From assembly GCA_964473105.1 (NCBI GenBank), contig CAYYNQ010000038.1:6806-70805 (forward strand): a DNA stretch of 64,000 bases. The letters are read 5' to 3'. This DNA is from an uncultured Candidatus Sumerlaeota bacterium (lineage in GTDB: Bacteria > Sumerlaeota > Sumerlaeia > MVZB01). The stretch's first letter is position 1, and every line of letters starts with the position of its first letter. The notes under the pieces were generated by a model. It did not search any database and was not told the origin of the DNA. It worked only from the letters and a program-made list of their open reading frames with translations. This document shows, piece after piece, positions 1-9,231 of the stretch. The position numbers were made by a program, and so were the translations under genes.

Positions 1-870
1 AGTCAGGCCATACCGGATGTGGTGTACGATTGCCAGCACCGGCATGTAGCCCCGCCAGAACTGCTGTTGGTCTACCGTGAAAAGCATCTCACCGTCCCGG
101 ATTGCCTCGAGCGTTGGCAGGTCGAGGTCGAAGCCCGCCAGCAGCAGGTCGGTGCGTTGCATCCTCTTGCGCGCAGCGCGTGATGAAGCGCTCATCCTTG
201 AATCCAGCGTTACGATCGCTCCGGTATCGGGGTTGCGTCTTAGGTAACTGGCTAGGTATTCCTCGGCCTGGCCCGGTTCAAAAGGGATTTCCGCAATATC
301 AGTCCTGATGCCTTCTTCCGCCAGCCTGTCTTTGAGGCCCTGACTCCTTCGTACCAATGTTCCGTCGCCCGGCATGTGGACCCCGCAGAACACTCGGCCC
401 CCGACCCCTGCCTCGATCAGGCCCTCCCCGGTCAGTCGGCCCGCCGAGTATTCATCCGACCCGACCCGGCTGATGTAGATGTCATCCGGATTCCGCACGG
501 GGTGTTCCCTGACGGGCGGGGCAGGATTAAAGGCCAGCACGATTCCTTTTTCTCTGGCCTGTTGGGCAACCGATTCGGTCGCCTTTTCATCGATTCCGAC
601 AAGCACCATCCCGTCGGGGCGTGCCGCAATGGCCTGTTCGACCCGGTTGATATACTGGGGAAGCGTCAGCTTGTCCGGAAAAATATAGACGACCCTGCCC
701 CCCAGGTCCTTTCCGGCCTGTTCGGCGCCACGTGCGATCACCCCGTGGAACAGCTCCCTTGGTGCCGCGATGCCGACGTAGTAAATGCTCAGGTCGTCAG
801 TCTGTATAGTTTCGGTATGGTGTTTCTTCGGGCTGCAACCCAGGAAATAAACGCCGGCTAGGACTGCCAT
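1..870 (-). CDS. periplasmic sugar-binding protein, type-1 PBP fold (RbsB/MocB-like ABC substrate-binding component); 3' end runs off the window
   Basis: This ORF is absent from the supplied ORF track because it has no stop codon in the window. My hand translation of the minus strand from ATG 870-868 stays open to nt 1 (290 codons; no TTA/CTA/TCA in plus frame 1). The N-terminus MAVLAGVYFLGCS is lipobox-like. It is followed by IYYVGIAAP..GAEQAGKDLG..ARPDGMVLVGIDE..AREKGIVLAFN..LLLAGFDLDLPTLEAIRDGEMLFTVDQQQF, which is typical of ribose/inositol-type binding proteins. The true start could lie upstream. Confidence 0.7.
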   Translation of the reverse strand, partial: MAVLAGVYFLGCSPKKHHTETIQTDDLSIYYVGIAAPRELFHGVIARGAEQAGKDLGGRVVYIFPDKLTLPQYINRVEQAIAARPDGMVLVGIDEKATESVAQQAREKGIVLAFNPAPPVREHPVRNPDDIYISRVGSDEYSAGRLTGEGLIEAGVGGRVFCGVHMPGDGTLVRRSQGLKDRLAEEGIRTDIAEIPFEPGQAEEYLASYLRRNPDTGAIVTLDSRMSASSRAARKRMQRTDLLLAGFDLDLPTLEAIRDGEMLFTVDQQQFWRGYMPVLAIVHHIRYGLT

Positions 871-937
871 TAGGAGGTGGGAATGGAAACCGGTCCGGTG
901 ACCGGGTGCCTCCTGGCGGCCTTGTCCGTTCAAGGCA

Positions 938-1915
938 TCACCCCCCACAGTAAATGGATCCGCCCTTCCATCGGCGGACCAGATGTGCGCGTGTCCCGGC
1001 CATCCATGTCCGCTTGTCGAGCCATCGCCTGACAATGGTATCGTGGTCGCTGTCCACCGTCTCCGGGTCCGCCTGGCTGCGAGCCACGAAGTCGGGCCAC
1101 TCAGGGCGGCCGGTCGCCTCAGATGTGGGGTTGTAGCGCAGGTCATAGCTCCAGCGCACCTGGTCTGTGGTTTCATTCGGCGCGGAATCGTGTTTTACCA
1201 GCTTGTGAAGGAAGAGCACGTCCCCCGCATCGACCGGGACGGTCACGATGTCACCCCGGCGGTACTCGGGTGGGATCTCGATATCCCCGTCGGTTCGGGG
1301 GCAGTGCTCGACCAGGGGGTCGCGATGGCTTCCCGGGATCATCCGCAGGCTGCCGTTCTTCAGGGTCGAGTCATAGATGGGGATCCATACGGTCAACAGG
1401 TTGGTGTTGTTGGCTTCCTCGATCGTGACCCCCAGGTCCTGATGCCAGTTGGTTCTTGCAATCAAGGCATGCTGTTCTTCCCTTGCGAACATTGCCTGAG
1501 GAGGTTTGATCCGCACATGCTGGATTGGGTTGGCCGTGATTTCCGGCCCGATGAACATTTCGATCTTGTCCAGCAGTTGTGGCTTGGTCATGATGTTGAA
1601 AAGGGCCCTTGGAAAGTGGAACGGCGTTTCCTCCGTGACATCCCAGAGGGGGAGGGAGAAATTGAAGTAATCAATCCATGGCCGACTCGTTTCGTTGATG
1701 ACCCGAATCAGTTTTTGGTCGAATGGCAGGCCCTCAAATGCCGAGGTCAGGGTTCCCTCCCTGTGCCATTGCTCGGCAATTTCGCCGAGCCGTTCCGTGT
1801 AGTCATCCATCAGCGGCTGGAAGTCGGCGATGGGGTCAAAGACGCCCCTGATGATGACATAGCCATTCTCGTTGAATTCATCGAGAAGAGGCTGGGCTGT
1901 ACATGTAGATGTCAT
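938..1915 (-). CDS. phytanoyl-CoA dioxygenase (PhyH) family Fe(II)/2-oxoglutarate dioxygenase
   Basis: 325-aa ORF. The N-terminus LLDEFNENGYVIIRGVF is typical of PhyH proteins. WHQDLG supplies the HxD iron ligands, and FLHKLVKHDSAPN carries a candidate distal His. Confidence 0.85.
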   Translation of the reverse strand: MTSTCTAQPLLDEFNENGYVIIRGVFDPIADFQPLMDDYTERLGEIAEQWHREGTLTSAFEGLPFDQKLIRVINETSRPWIDYFNFSLPLWDVTEETPFHFPRALFNIMTKPQLLDKIEMFIGPEITANPIQHVRIKPPQAMFAREEQHALIARTNWHQDLGVTIEEANNTNLLTVWIPIYDSTLKNGSLRMIPGSHRDPLVEHCPRTDGDIEIPPEYRRGDIVTVPVDAGDVLFLHKLVKHDSAPNETTDQVRWSYDLRYNPTSEATGRPEWPDFVARSQADPETVDSDHDTIVRRWLDKRTWMAGTRAHLVRRWKGGSIYCGG

Positions 1916-2154
1916 TGATTCAGGATAACTTTCCGGATCAAAACGACTTTGAGTTTCTGGGGCCGAAGATCCTGCGACGGATGCGAGGCCGGTTCCCGCG
2001 GGAACTTCCTTAGGGTCCGTTTAATGGCTCATTCTATAAAATGGGCTTTTGGGTTTACAAGGTAAAAGGGCATATGCATGCCGGGCGTCACGTGCCTGTC
2101 CGGGTTCCTTGAAACGGTTTTCTGCAGGCACGGCCGCGACGCCGGCTTGCCGTG

Positions 2155-2874
2155 TCATTCGATGCCAAACCCGCACATGCCGTTTCCGTTGGGTCCCAGG
2201 TCATAGCCGATGCAGCTAACCGTCATCTGTTCTCCCAGATAGGATGCGCCGAGACAGACGACCCTTGCCCGTTTCTGCTCCACACCTTCAAAACAGTTAA
2301 GGAAGGGCTTCCTTGGATAATGGGCAGCAAGTTCCGTGAGCAGTTGCGCTTGTTCTGGGCCACCCGCAAGGGCTCTGACGACCGGGTGTTTGCCCAGGTC
2401 TTCAGCCTCCATTTCGCCCGCACGAAATCCGAACGGGACAAATCTTACGCCGGGATTCCCCCCCGCAAGTTCCGTGGCCAGTTCTTGCTCATCCAGTTCG
2501 ATGCCCTTTCCCGACATTTCCGTCAGCATTGGCTCCTCAACGGGCTTCAGACGTGGGTGGTCCCGGATGTAGAGGCCCTTGTCCGGAACATACAGGATGG
2601 CCGTGTCGGTCCAAAGCCAGCGTCGCTGCATGGCCTCGATGATGGCTGCGAAGGGTTCATGTCCGGGTTCGTCCCACACGGTGCGGGCCAGCAGCAGCGC
2701 CTGTGCACATGTCGGGCATTGCAGTCCTGCTTTCCGGATTCCATGGGCCACAACGGAAAAATCACCGAACCCCTTTTGGTCGGAATGGAAGACCAGGGTT
2801 TCGCCTGTGGCGGGATCGATAACCTCCAGCCTGTTGCTGTTCGGGGTGGATTTTTGTTCGGTCATGTCCTGCAT
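2155..2874 (-). CDS. hypothetical protein (no recognisable family)
   Basis: 239-aa ORF with normal-looking composition. It starts 14 nt after the stop of the upstream dehydrogenase gene, so it is probably co-transcribed. The overlapping plus-strand ORF (2152-2958) is Arg/Gly/Ser-rich antisense noise. Confidence 0.6.
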   Translation of the reverse strand: MQDMTEQKSTPNSNRLEVIDPATGETLVFHSDQKGFGDFSVVAHGIRKAGLQCPTCAQALLLARTVWDEPGHEPFAAIIEAMQRRWLWTDTAILYVPDKGLYIRDHPRLKPVEEPMLTEMSGKGIELDEQELATELAGGNPGVRFVPFGFRAGEMEAEDLGKHPVVRALAGGPEQAQLLTELAAHYPRKPFLNCFEGVEQKRARVVCLGASYLGEQMTVSCIGYDLGPNGNGMCGFGIE

Positions 2875-2888
2875 CCCGGGCTGGTTCT

Positions 2889-3929
2889 TCAGGCTGTTCC
2901 CGCGAACGGGTCATTCGGCAGCAGTTTCCGCCGCGGGTTGACGGATGGATTGACATAGGATTTCGGCATGTATCCGTTTGCGACATCCGCGATTGTCTCG
3001 ATCGAGAACTTCCAGAAGCGGTCGAGATGTTTTTCGACAAAGCCCGCCATGTGGGGCGTGACAATCACGTTGTTGAATTCATAGAGCGGGTGGGTCTTGC
3101 CGTTGTCCGGTATATTTTCAAGCACATCCAGGCCGACTCCCCCCAGTCGGTCCCCGTGCAGGATCTCCAGCAGGGCTGCCTCGTCGATGACGGCCCCCCG
3201 TGAAGTGTTGATCAGGCATGCCCCCTCTTTCATCATGGCCAGGCGTTCTGCGTTTATCAGGTGAAACGTGTCATCTTTCAGGGGAATGTGGAGCGAGACG
3301 GTGTCCGATTCACCGAGCAGCGTTTCCAGGGCGACCGGCCGGACGCCATGATGGTTTAACACCGCCTCATCGACAAAAGGATCAAACGCCAGGTAACGGA
3401 GTCTGAACCCGGCGAGCTTTGCAATCATGCGCTGGGGGATATTGCCGAAGCCGACAAACCCGAACGTCTGGCCGTCGATTTGCCGGGGTGGATCGGTTGC
3501 ACGGAAGTCGAAAAGGCCGTTTCTGACGTTATGCCCCTGGAGTGCGATCTTCCGCATAATATTCATGAAGAGTGCAATCGCGTGTTCGGCGACCGCATCC
3601 GCGGACACGGCGGGGGTATTGGCCACGATGATTCCAAGCTCGGTTGCCCTCGGGACGGGTATATTGTCCGTGCCGCTTCCGGAACGCATGACCACGAAGC
3701 AGTCGGGTAACTGGTCCAGGGTCTCAGGTTTCAGGACCTTTGGACCTCCCAAGACCCAGATAAACCCGGCCCCCGCAGCTGTCTCCAACACCTCGTCCTG
3801 GGTGGTGCATTGCCTGGAAACAAATCCAATGTCCAGGCTTTGGAGTTGATCTGTGACCCATCCCGGGACTTCGGGGGCATCGTAGGCAACCAGTGCGACC
3901 TTGAGTTGATTCATCGGTGCTGACCTCAT
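2889..3929 (-). CDS. D-isomer-specific 2-hydroxyacid dehydrogenase family, NAD-binding
   Basis: 346-aa ORF. GFVGFGNIPQRMIAKL is a GxGxxG Rossmann motif, and the C-terminal VTPHMAG is typical of the family. An alternative start, MNQLKVALVAY, lies at 3914. Confidence 0.85.
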   Translation of the reverse strand: MRSAPMNQLKVALVAYDAPEVPGWVTDQLQSLDIGFVSRQCTTQDEVLETAAGAGFIWVLGGPKVLKPETLDQLPDCFVVMRSGSGTDNIPVPRATELGIIVANTPAVSADAVAEHAIALFMNIMRKIALQGHNVRNGLFDFRATDPPRQIDGQTFGFVGFGNIPQRMIAKLAGFRLRYLAFDPFVDEAVLNHHGVRPVALETLLGESDTVSLHIPLKDDTFHLINAERLAMMKEGACLINTSRGAVIDEAALLEILHGDRLGGVGLDVLENIPDNGKTHPLYEFNNVIVTPHMAGFVEKHLDRFWKFSIETIADVANGYMPKSYVNPSVNPRRKLLPNDPFAGTA

Positions 3930-3937
3930 TTTCCGGT

Positions 3938-4765
3938 CTAGATTCTGCAGCCCGCCTCACGCAGCAGTTTTTTGGAGCGTTCCTTCAACTCGCGGGCAAG
4001 GATTTCCGGGTCCCATTCCCAGTGTTCGTGACTCAGCATTTCGACCGACCAGGTACCTTCATACCCTGTCGCCATGACCGCCTGGATCCCCTCGACGAGC
4101 GGCAAGACCCCGTCGCCGGGCAGTGCTGTCCTGTCGTCATCATGCCAGGCATCACCCTGCATTGGATTGGTGTCGCTGAGGTGCGCGCCGTGAATCAGGC
4201 CCGAATCGAGTGCTGCGACGTCCTCCCATGGCACGCCTGCCGTCCAGATGTGCCAGGTATCGACGACGATCGATATGTTGTCACGGCCTGCTTCCTCATG
4301 AACCTCGAGGAACTGCCTGATGGTGTTGAAGGGCGAGAAGACAACGGGTTCAACGGCAAGCTTCAGGCCATGCTGCTTCGCGATATCCGCCAGTTCCGCC
4401 AGTGACGCGGCGATCAACCTGCGTTGCTCCGGCCATTTCATTCCCTTGAGTGAGTCGAGCACGATCATCTGCAGGGCACCGCAGTTCAGCTTCTCGGCGG
4501 CATGGCACAATCGCTCAAAATCCGCGATCAGTTCCTTCCTGAAACCCGGGTCCTGCTTCTCGACATGGAGCACACAGTTGAGCATCGTGACACTGAGGTT
4601 CCCCAGTTTCGGCACCAGTTCTTCGGCGGTGAACCCGTTGTCAAGGTAACGCCGGAGCTTGGTGATCCACAGTTCAATGGCATCATAACCGGTCTCCTGG
4701 GCGATTCGAATGTCGGTCACCACGTTGGTGTTCATGATACAGCCGGCATGCAGTCCAAGTTCCAT
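3938..4765 (-). CDS. sugar phosphate isomerase/epimerase (xylose-isomerase-like TIM barrel; IolE/IolI/MocC-like fold)
   Basis: The ORF spans 3938-4801. I moved the start to M13 (MELGLHAG, 4765) so that it clears the upstream gene's stop at 4777. Motifs: GYDAIELW, VDTWHIW, GAHLSDTN. Confidence 0.8.
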   Translation of the reverse strand: MELGLHAGCIMNTNVVTDIRIAQETGYDAIELWITKLRRYLDNGFTAEELVPKLGNLSVTMLNCVLHVEKQDPGFRKELIADFERLCHAAEKLNCGALQMIVLDSLKGMKWPEQRRLIAASLAELADIAKQHGLKLAVEPVVFSPFNTIRQFLEVHEEAGRDNISIVVDTWHIWTAGVPWEDVAALDSGLIHGAHLSDTNPMQGDAWHDDDRTALPGDGVLPLVEGIQAVMATGYEGTWSVEMLSHEHWEWDPEILARELKERSKKLLREAGCRI

Positions 4766-4776
4766 CGCGCCATCCT

Positions 4777-5799
4777 CTACCCCGTCATCAGATTGACACA
4801 CTCGCCCGTTTTGGCTGAGCGGTAGGCTGCCTGCATCACCTGGATACCGGTGATGGCCTGGCGGCCGCTGCAGACCGGTTCGGTGTCATTCACGATGCAG
4901 TCGACAAAGTTCTGCATCTGGTCGACATACATCTCAAAATAAATATGTTCCGGCCGTGGGGTTGCCGGTGTCTCGACAGCCCATTCCCCATTGATCTCGG
5001 AGTGAACCTCCGCAGGCAGCATGCGGGCATAACCACACGTGCCGAAGATTTCCAGTGCCCCGTGCGGGCTGTTGATTGTCCGGCTGTACCATCCCGCGTC
5101 GGTGACGCATGTCATCCCGTTGTCATATTCCACCACGATCGTCGCCGTGTCCTCGACCGTAAATTTGTGGTAGTGGTTTGCCGTCGTTGCGAAAACCCTG
5201 CGGGGCCGGATGCCATCGCCGAACACGAAATGCAGTGCATCGATCCCGTGGATGGCGACATCAGCGACCGGTCCGCCGCCCGACTGTGCCTTGTCGGCCC
5301 GCCAGCTTTCGGGGTCGGGTCCCCAATTTTGTGACACACCGTGAATCCGTGCCCGGCAAGGCTGCCCCAGCCGTCCCGCGAGGATATTTTTACGAAGCCA
5401 GTTCATCTCTGCATCGGACCGCCAGACGTGTGCGATCATCAGCTTTCGGCCTGTCCGGTCCGCGGCTTCAATCATCGATTCAGCCTCGCTGACCGTCACG
5501 GCCATGGGTTTTTCGCACAGCACATGTTTACCCGATTCGAGCATCATCCTTGCCAGCCTGGCGTTCATGCAGTTGGCCACGCCGATCACGACGGCATCGA
5601 CGTCCGGGTCGGCCGCGATGTCCTCGAACCTTGTCGTGGTTTTTGGGATGTTGCTTCCCGACGCCATCACATCCAGCGACTCCCGCCGGTGATTGGCGGC
5701 AGCGGTGATCTCAACCCCGGGAATCTTCAACAGTGCCTGCAGGTGGTAATCCCTGACGATCAGCCCTGAACCAAGCAGTGCAAACCTCAGGTTCATCAT
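4777..5799 (-). CDS. Gfo/Idh/MocA family NAD(P)-dependent oxidoreductase (inositol dehydrogenase-like)
   Basis: 340 aa. LRFALLGSGLI is the N-terminal Rossmann motif, and HVLCEKPMA carries the EKP signature. Confidence 0.85.
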   Translation of the reverse strand: MMNLRFALLGSGLIVRDYHLQALLKIPGVEITAAANHRRESLDVMASGSNIPKTTTRFEDIAADPDVDAVVIGVANCMNARLARMMLESGKHVLCEKPMAVTVSEAESMIEAADRTGRKLMIAHVWRSDAEMNWLRKNILAGRLGQPCRARIHGVSQNWGPDPESWRADKAQSGGGPVADVAIHGIDALHFVFGDGIRPRRVFATTANHYHKFTVEDTATIVVEYDNGMTCVTDAGWYSRTINSPHGALEIFGTCGYARMLPAEVHSEINGEWAVETPATPRPEHIYFEMYVDQMQNFVDCIVNDTEPVCSGRQAITGIQVMQAAYRSAKTGECVNLMTG

Positions 5800-5851
5800 G
5801 GTCGTTGATTTCCGGTATTCATCAGGACGATGCCGCGGGTCAGGGCCCGGC

Positions 5852-7108
5852 TCACTTCAGGTATTTCCCCGCTGCATTGCGCAGGGCAGCCGCACGTTGC
5901 TCGACGACGTCCAGGCCGTCGGTGATCTTGACCCCGAAGGCCGAACTCAATCCCGGATCCGAGACGCCGATGCTGATATTCAGTGCACGGTTCAGGAGTT
6001 CATCGGTTTTGGGCAGCATTCCCTGGCTGTATTTCATCTCGCCACCCCGGTCCTTGTAGAAGGGGCAGGTGAACGGGCACTGCTCGGGCGTGACTGTCCG
6101 TTGCTCAAGAATATGCTCCATGTTGTTGTAGACATGCCATCCGGCCTCGGCTGTGACCTTGGTCCCCAGATCCTTCGCAATCCTCTGCGCGATCTCAGCG
6201 GTCGGCATGAAGATGGTCATTACCGTTGCAGCATCCCCCCCCGGGTCCAGAATCTCACGAAACTCCAGCCCCGGCAGGTCGGCGATCAGCTCCTTGTAGC
6301 GAGCCTTGTTTCGTCGCAGTGTCCCTAGGATGGTGTCCATTTTTTTCAACTGTGCAAGCATAATGGCACCCTGGATCTCGGTCATCCTGAAATCCAGCCC
6401 GATGAACGGCCGGTTTCCCTGTTCAACGCCGCTGCGCAGCGGTGAATGGCCCTGGTCGTGGAATGCAAACGCCCTGCGGTAGAGCTCTTCATCGTCGGTG
6501 ACCGCCATGCCCCCATCGCCGCAGGTGATCATCTTGTATACGTTGAAACTATAGGTTCCCATATGGCCGAACGTGCCTAGCTTTCTGCCTTTGTAGGATC
6601 CGCCGAATGCCTGGGCGACATCCTCGATCAGAATCAGGTTATGCTTGTCGGCGATCGCCTTGAGTTCCTCGATCCGGGCCTGGTTGCCCATCATGTGGAC
6701 AACCATCATGGCCTTGGTGCGTGGCGTGATCTTGGATTCCGCATCAGCCGGATCCATGTTGAGTGTCCGGTCGATTTCGCACAATACCGGGACGGCGCGT
6801 GCATAGACGACCGACGAAATGCTGGCCACGAAGGTGTAGCCCGGGACGAGGACCTCGTCGCCTGGCCCGATTCCCAGCGCACTGAGCGCGGTCAGCAGTG
6901 CCGAGGTGCCGGAATTGACGGCCACGCCATACTGGCATCCCAGATACTTGGGTACTTCGTCCTCAAGTTGGAAGACCTTGGCCTTGAATCGTGGGTCGAC
7001 TTCATCTCCCACGGAGATCCCATAGCGGAACAGGAACCCTGATTCCAGCACCTCCATGGCTGCATCCATCTCTTCCTGTCCGATCAACTCCATTCCCGGT
7101 CCGGGCAT
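5852..7108 (-). CDS. DegT/DnrJ/EryC1/StrS family PLP-dependent aminotransferase (long, ~420-aa type)
   Basis: 418 aa. Motifs: GIGPGDEVLVPGYTF, and TYSFNVYKMITCGDGG, which is the SFxxxK PLP-lysine context followed by GxGG. Confidence 0.85.
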   Translation of the reverse strand: MPGPGMELIGQEEMDAAMEVLESGFLFRYGISVGDEVDPRFKAKVFQLEDEVPKYLGCQYGVAVNSGTSALLTALSALGIGPGDEVLVPGYTFVASISSVVYARAVPVLCEIDRTLNMDPADAESKITPRTKAMMVVHMMGNQARIEELKAIADKHNLILIEDVAQAFGGSYKGRKLGTFGHMGTYSFNVYKMITCGDGGMAVTDDEELYRRAFAFHDQGHSPLRSGVEQGNRPFIGLDFRMTEIQGAIMLAQLKKMDTILGTLRRNKARYKELIADLPGLEFREILDPGGDAATVMTIFMPTAEIAQRIAKDLGTKVTAEAGWHVYNNMEHILEQRTVTPEQCPFTCPFYKDRGGEMKYSQGMLPKTDELLNRALNISIGVSDPGLSSAFGVKITDGLDVVEQRAAALRNAAGKYLK

Positions 7109-7339
7109 TGTCCATACCTCTGTAAATCTATAGTTTGAAAGGGTTCAGCGCTGAATAAACCGTAGTCAGCCCATCCTATTGATCCAGCTGTGATTGTCCA
7201 TTGAAAAATGCCTTTTCCGGTTCAAGGAACGTTGACTGTGAACGGAGAACACACTGAGATCATGAAGGGGGACGCGGACGAGAAATTAAAGATCCGGGTT
7301 CAGGTAGGTCGTGACTTCACGGCATCGATTTTCCCAGCT

Positions 7340-7975
7340 CTATGGATATCCGGCGTATTTGTTGTTGTGTCCGCCAACAAAACCAAACTGGTGCAGGTAG
7401 TGGATGTCACCGGGGCTGATGATGCCGTTCGTCGGGTCATAGATCGTTGTCGTATCATGCGCCCAGATCAGGTAGTTCGGGCCCGGGCTGGTAAAGAAGA
7501 ATTCATACAGGTCGGGTGCGATGAGGGGTTGGGTGTATCCGAACCCGCCCGGTGTCTGGGTGGTGACCAGTACGCTGGACTGGGCAACGCCATACAGCGC
7601 CGGGGCGGCGGCCGACCAGAATTCGTCATAGGGTATCGACGTGATGTATTCGACAGGGGATGTCAATTGATGACCATATCCGCCAGTCGTGCCATTAAAG
7701 TTTTCTATGAGCAGATATCCCCCGTGGCCGATGTGGGGCGGGGGCATCGGGTTGGGCCAGTTCGAATTGGGATAATCGTTGTTGTCCGTGCGGTACATCT
7801 CCATGGCCCCGCCAAGTGTCCGCATGTCCGAGAACAGCCTAGAGACCTTTGACCGGGTCTGGGCCTCCAGGAAATTGGGTACAGCGATCGCCGCTAGGAT
7901 GGAGATGATTGCAACCACGATCAACAGTTCAATCAGGGTAAATCCCTGAAGGTTTTTCTTTGGGGTCATTTTCAT
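7340..7975 (-). CDS. prepilin-type N-terminal cleavage/methylation domain protein (GspG-like pseudopilin with long C-terminal extension)
   Basis: MKMTPKKNLQGFTLIELLIVVAIISILAAIAVPNFLEAQTRSKVSRLFSDMRTLGGAMEMYRTDNNDYPN is a classic G/FTLIELL pilin leader followed by a GspG-like helix. I placed the start at MKM (7975). The ORF extends up to 8035. Confidence 0.8.
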   Translation of the reverse strand: MKMTPKKNLQGFTLIELLIVVAIISILAAIAVPNFLEAQTRSKVSRLFSDMRTLGGAMEMYRTDNNDYPNSNWPNPMPPPHIGHGGYLLIENFNGTTGGYGHQLTSPVEYITSIPYDEFWSAAAPALYGVAQSSVLVTTQTPGGFGYTQPLIAPDLYEFFFTSPGPNYLIWAHDTTTIYDPTNGIISPGDIHYLHQFGFVGGHNNKYAGYP

Positions 7976-8218
7976 GGCTGTTTGACTCTTCCGCTCTGTA
8001 GTTGCGCATGATCCAAGCTGTCTGCCGTCTTGCAATCATTTCCGTTGGGGATCCTTGGGCGGTCCTGCTTTATCAGGAAACATCCCCCACGGCCGGACTC
8101 ACCCGTAACTTCGGGATCTCAAGGGATACATCAGGTCTCGACATGCACCGGATGATGCAAGACTAGTGCCGACAAGTCAATTCCCAAGTTTGGGACCCGG
8201 ATGATATCGGGCCGTATT

Positions 8219-9193
8219 TCAAAGATAAAAGTTGCGGGTCCAACGGTGTGGCCTGAGAGCCTCTGTCAACCCAGGGGGGAAAGGCTGGCCGTCCGAGCAG
8301 GCGATGTTCAGTTGTACCTCTTTGCGGGTCCTCATCCCGGGGATCACCACCGATACCGCCGGATCGCTCAGGCAGAACCGCATCGCGGTCTCGGCCAGCG
8401 TTGGATAGTGCGGACGACATAACTCCTTGAGTTTCTCCACTCTGCGGTAACATTTCTGGAACCGGTCGCCGCGGAAGAAATATCTGCGCACATCATCCCC
8501 GTCCCAGTCATCATAGGTGTCCCCGGTCCAGTTGCCGATCAGCGAACTGGAATCGAACGGGACACGTGCGACAAATGCTGTCCCGGTCTTTTCGCCTTCA
8601 CGGAAAAGCCGGTCCATGGGTCGCTGGTCGAAAAGGTTGAAGATGACCTGGTGAGAATCAACCAGGCCGAAGCGCGCAAGGTCGATTCCCTCGTCGGGCC
8701 GGTCGTCACGCAGTGAGACCCCGATGCGGTCGATCTTGCCCTCGAGTCGCAATTTGTTAAGTGCCTCAAGCCAGTCCGTCTCCACCAGCCCCGCAGGGAA
8801 CCATCCATGAAGTTGAAACAGGTCAAGCCGGTCAACCCCGAGCCTTTTCAGGTTCCCCTCGATTCCCTCCCTGAGATACCATTCGGGATAGCGGCCGCGC
8901 ATCATGGGGTCATCATCCAGGAACGAGGGCCACTCCTGGGGCCAGAGTTTGGTCGCGACGTAAATCTTCCCCCCGCTCCACTCACGCAGTGCCCGGCCGA
9001 TAATTTTCTCCGCGTGACCGTCACCGTAGCTGGCTGCGGTATCCACGTAATTGACACCGTTCTCGAATGCGTGCAGCAGGGTCTCGACCGACTCCTGGTC
9101 ATCGAGCGGCCCCCAGCCGCCACCGATTCCCCAGGTGCCGACACCGATCTCGCTGACGCTCCAGCCAGTCCTCCCAAATGTCCTGTATTCCAT
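8219..9193 (-). CDS. aldo/keto reductase
   Basis: MEYRTFGRTGWSVSEIGVGTWGIGGGWG..VNYVDTAASYGDGHAE is a typical AKR N-terminus. I placed the start at M8 of the ORF (9193). Confidence 0.85.
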   Translation of the reverse strand: MEYRTFGRTGWSVSEIGVGTWGIGGGWGPLDDQESVETLLHAFENGVNYVDTAASYGDGHAEKIIGRALREWSGGKIYVATKLWPQEWPSFLDDDPMMRGRYPEWYLREGIEGNLKRLGVDRLDLFQLHGWFPAGLVETDWLEALNKLRLEGKIDRIGVSLRDDRPDEGIDLARFGLVDSHQVIFNLFDQRPMDRLFREGEKTGTAFVARVPFDSSSLIGNWTGDTYDDWDGDDVRRYFFRGDRFQKCYRRVEKLKELCRPHYPTLAETAMRFCLSDPAVSVVIPGMRTRKEVQLNIACSDGQPFPPGLTEALRPHRWTRNFYL

Positions 9194-9231
9194 ACGGTTC
9201 TTCCTGCCTTGCAAGGATTTGGTCCGGTGGC

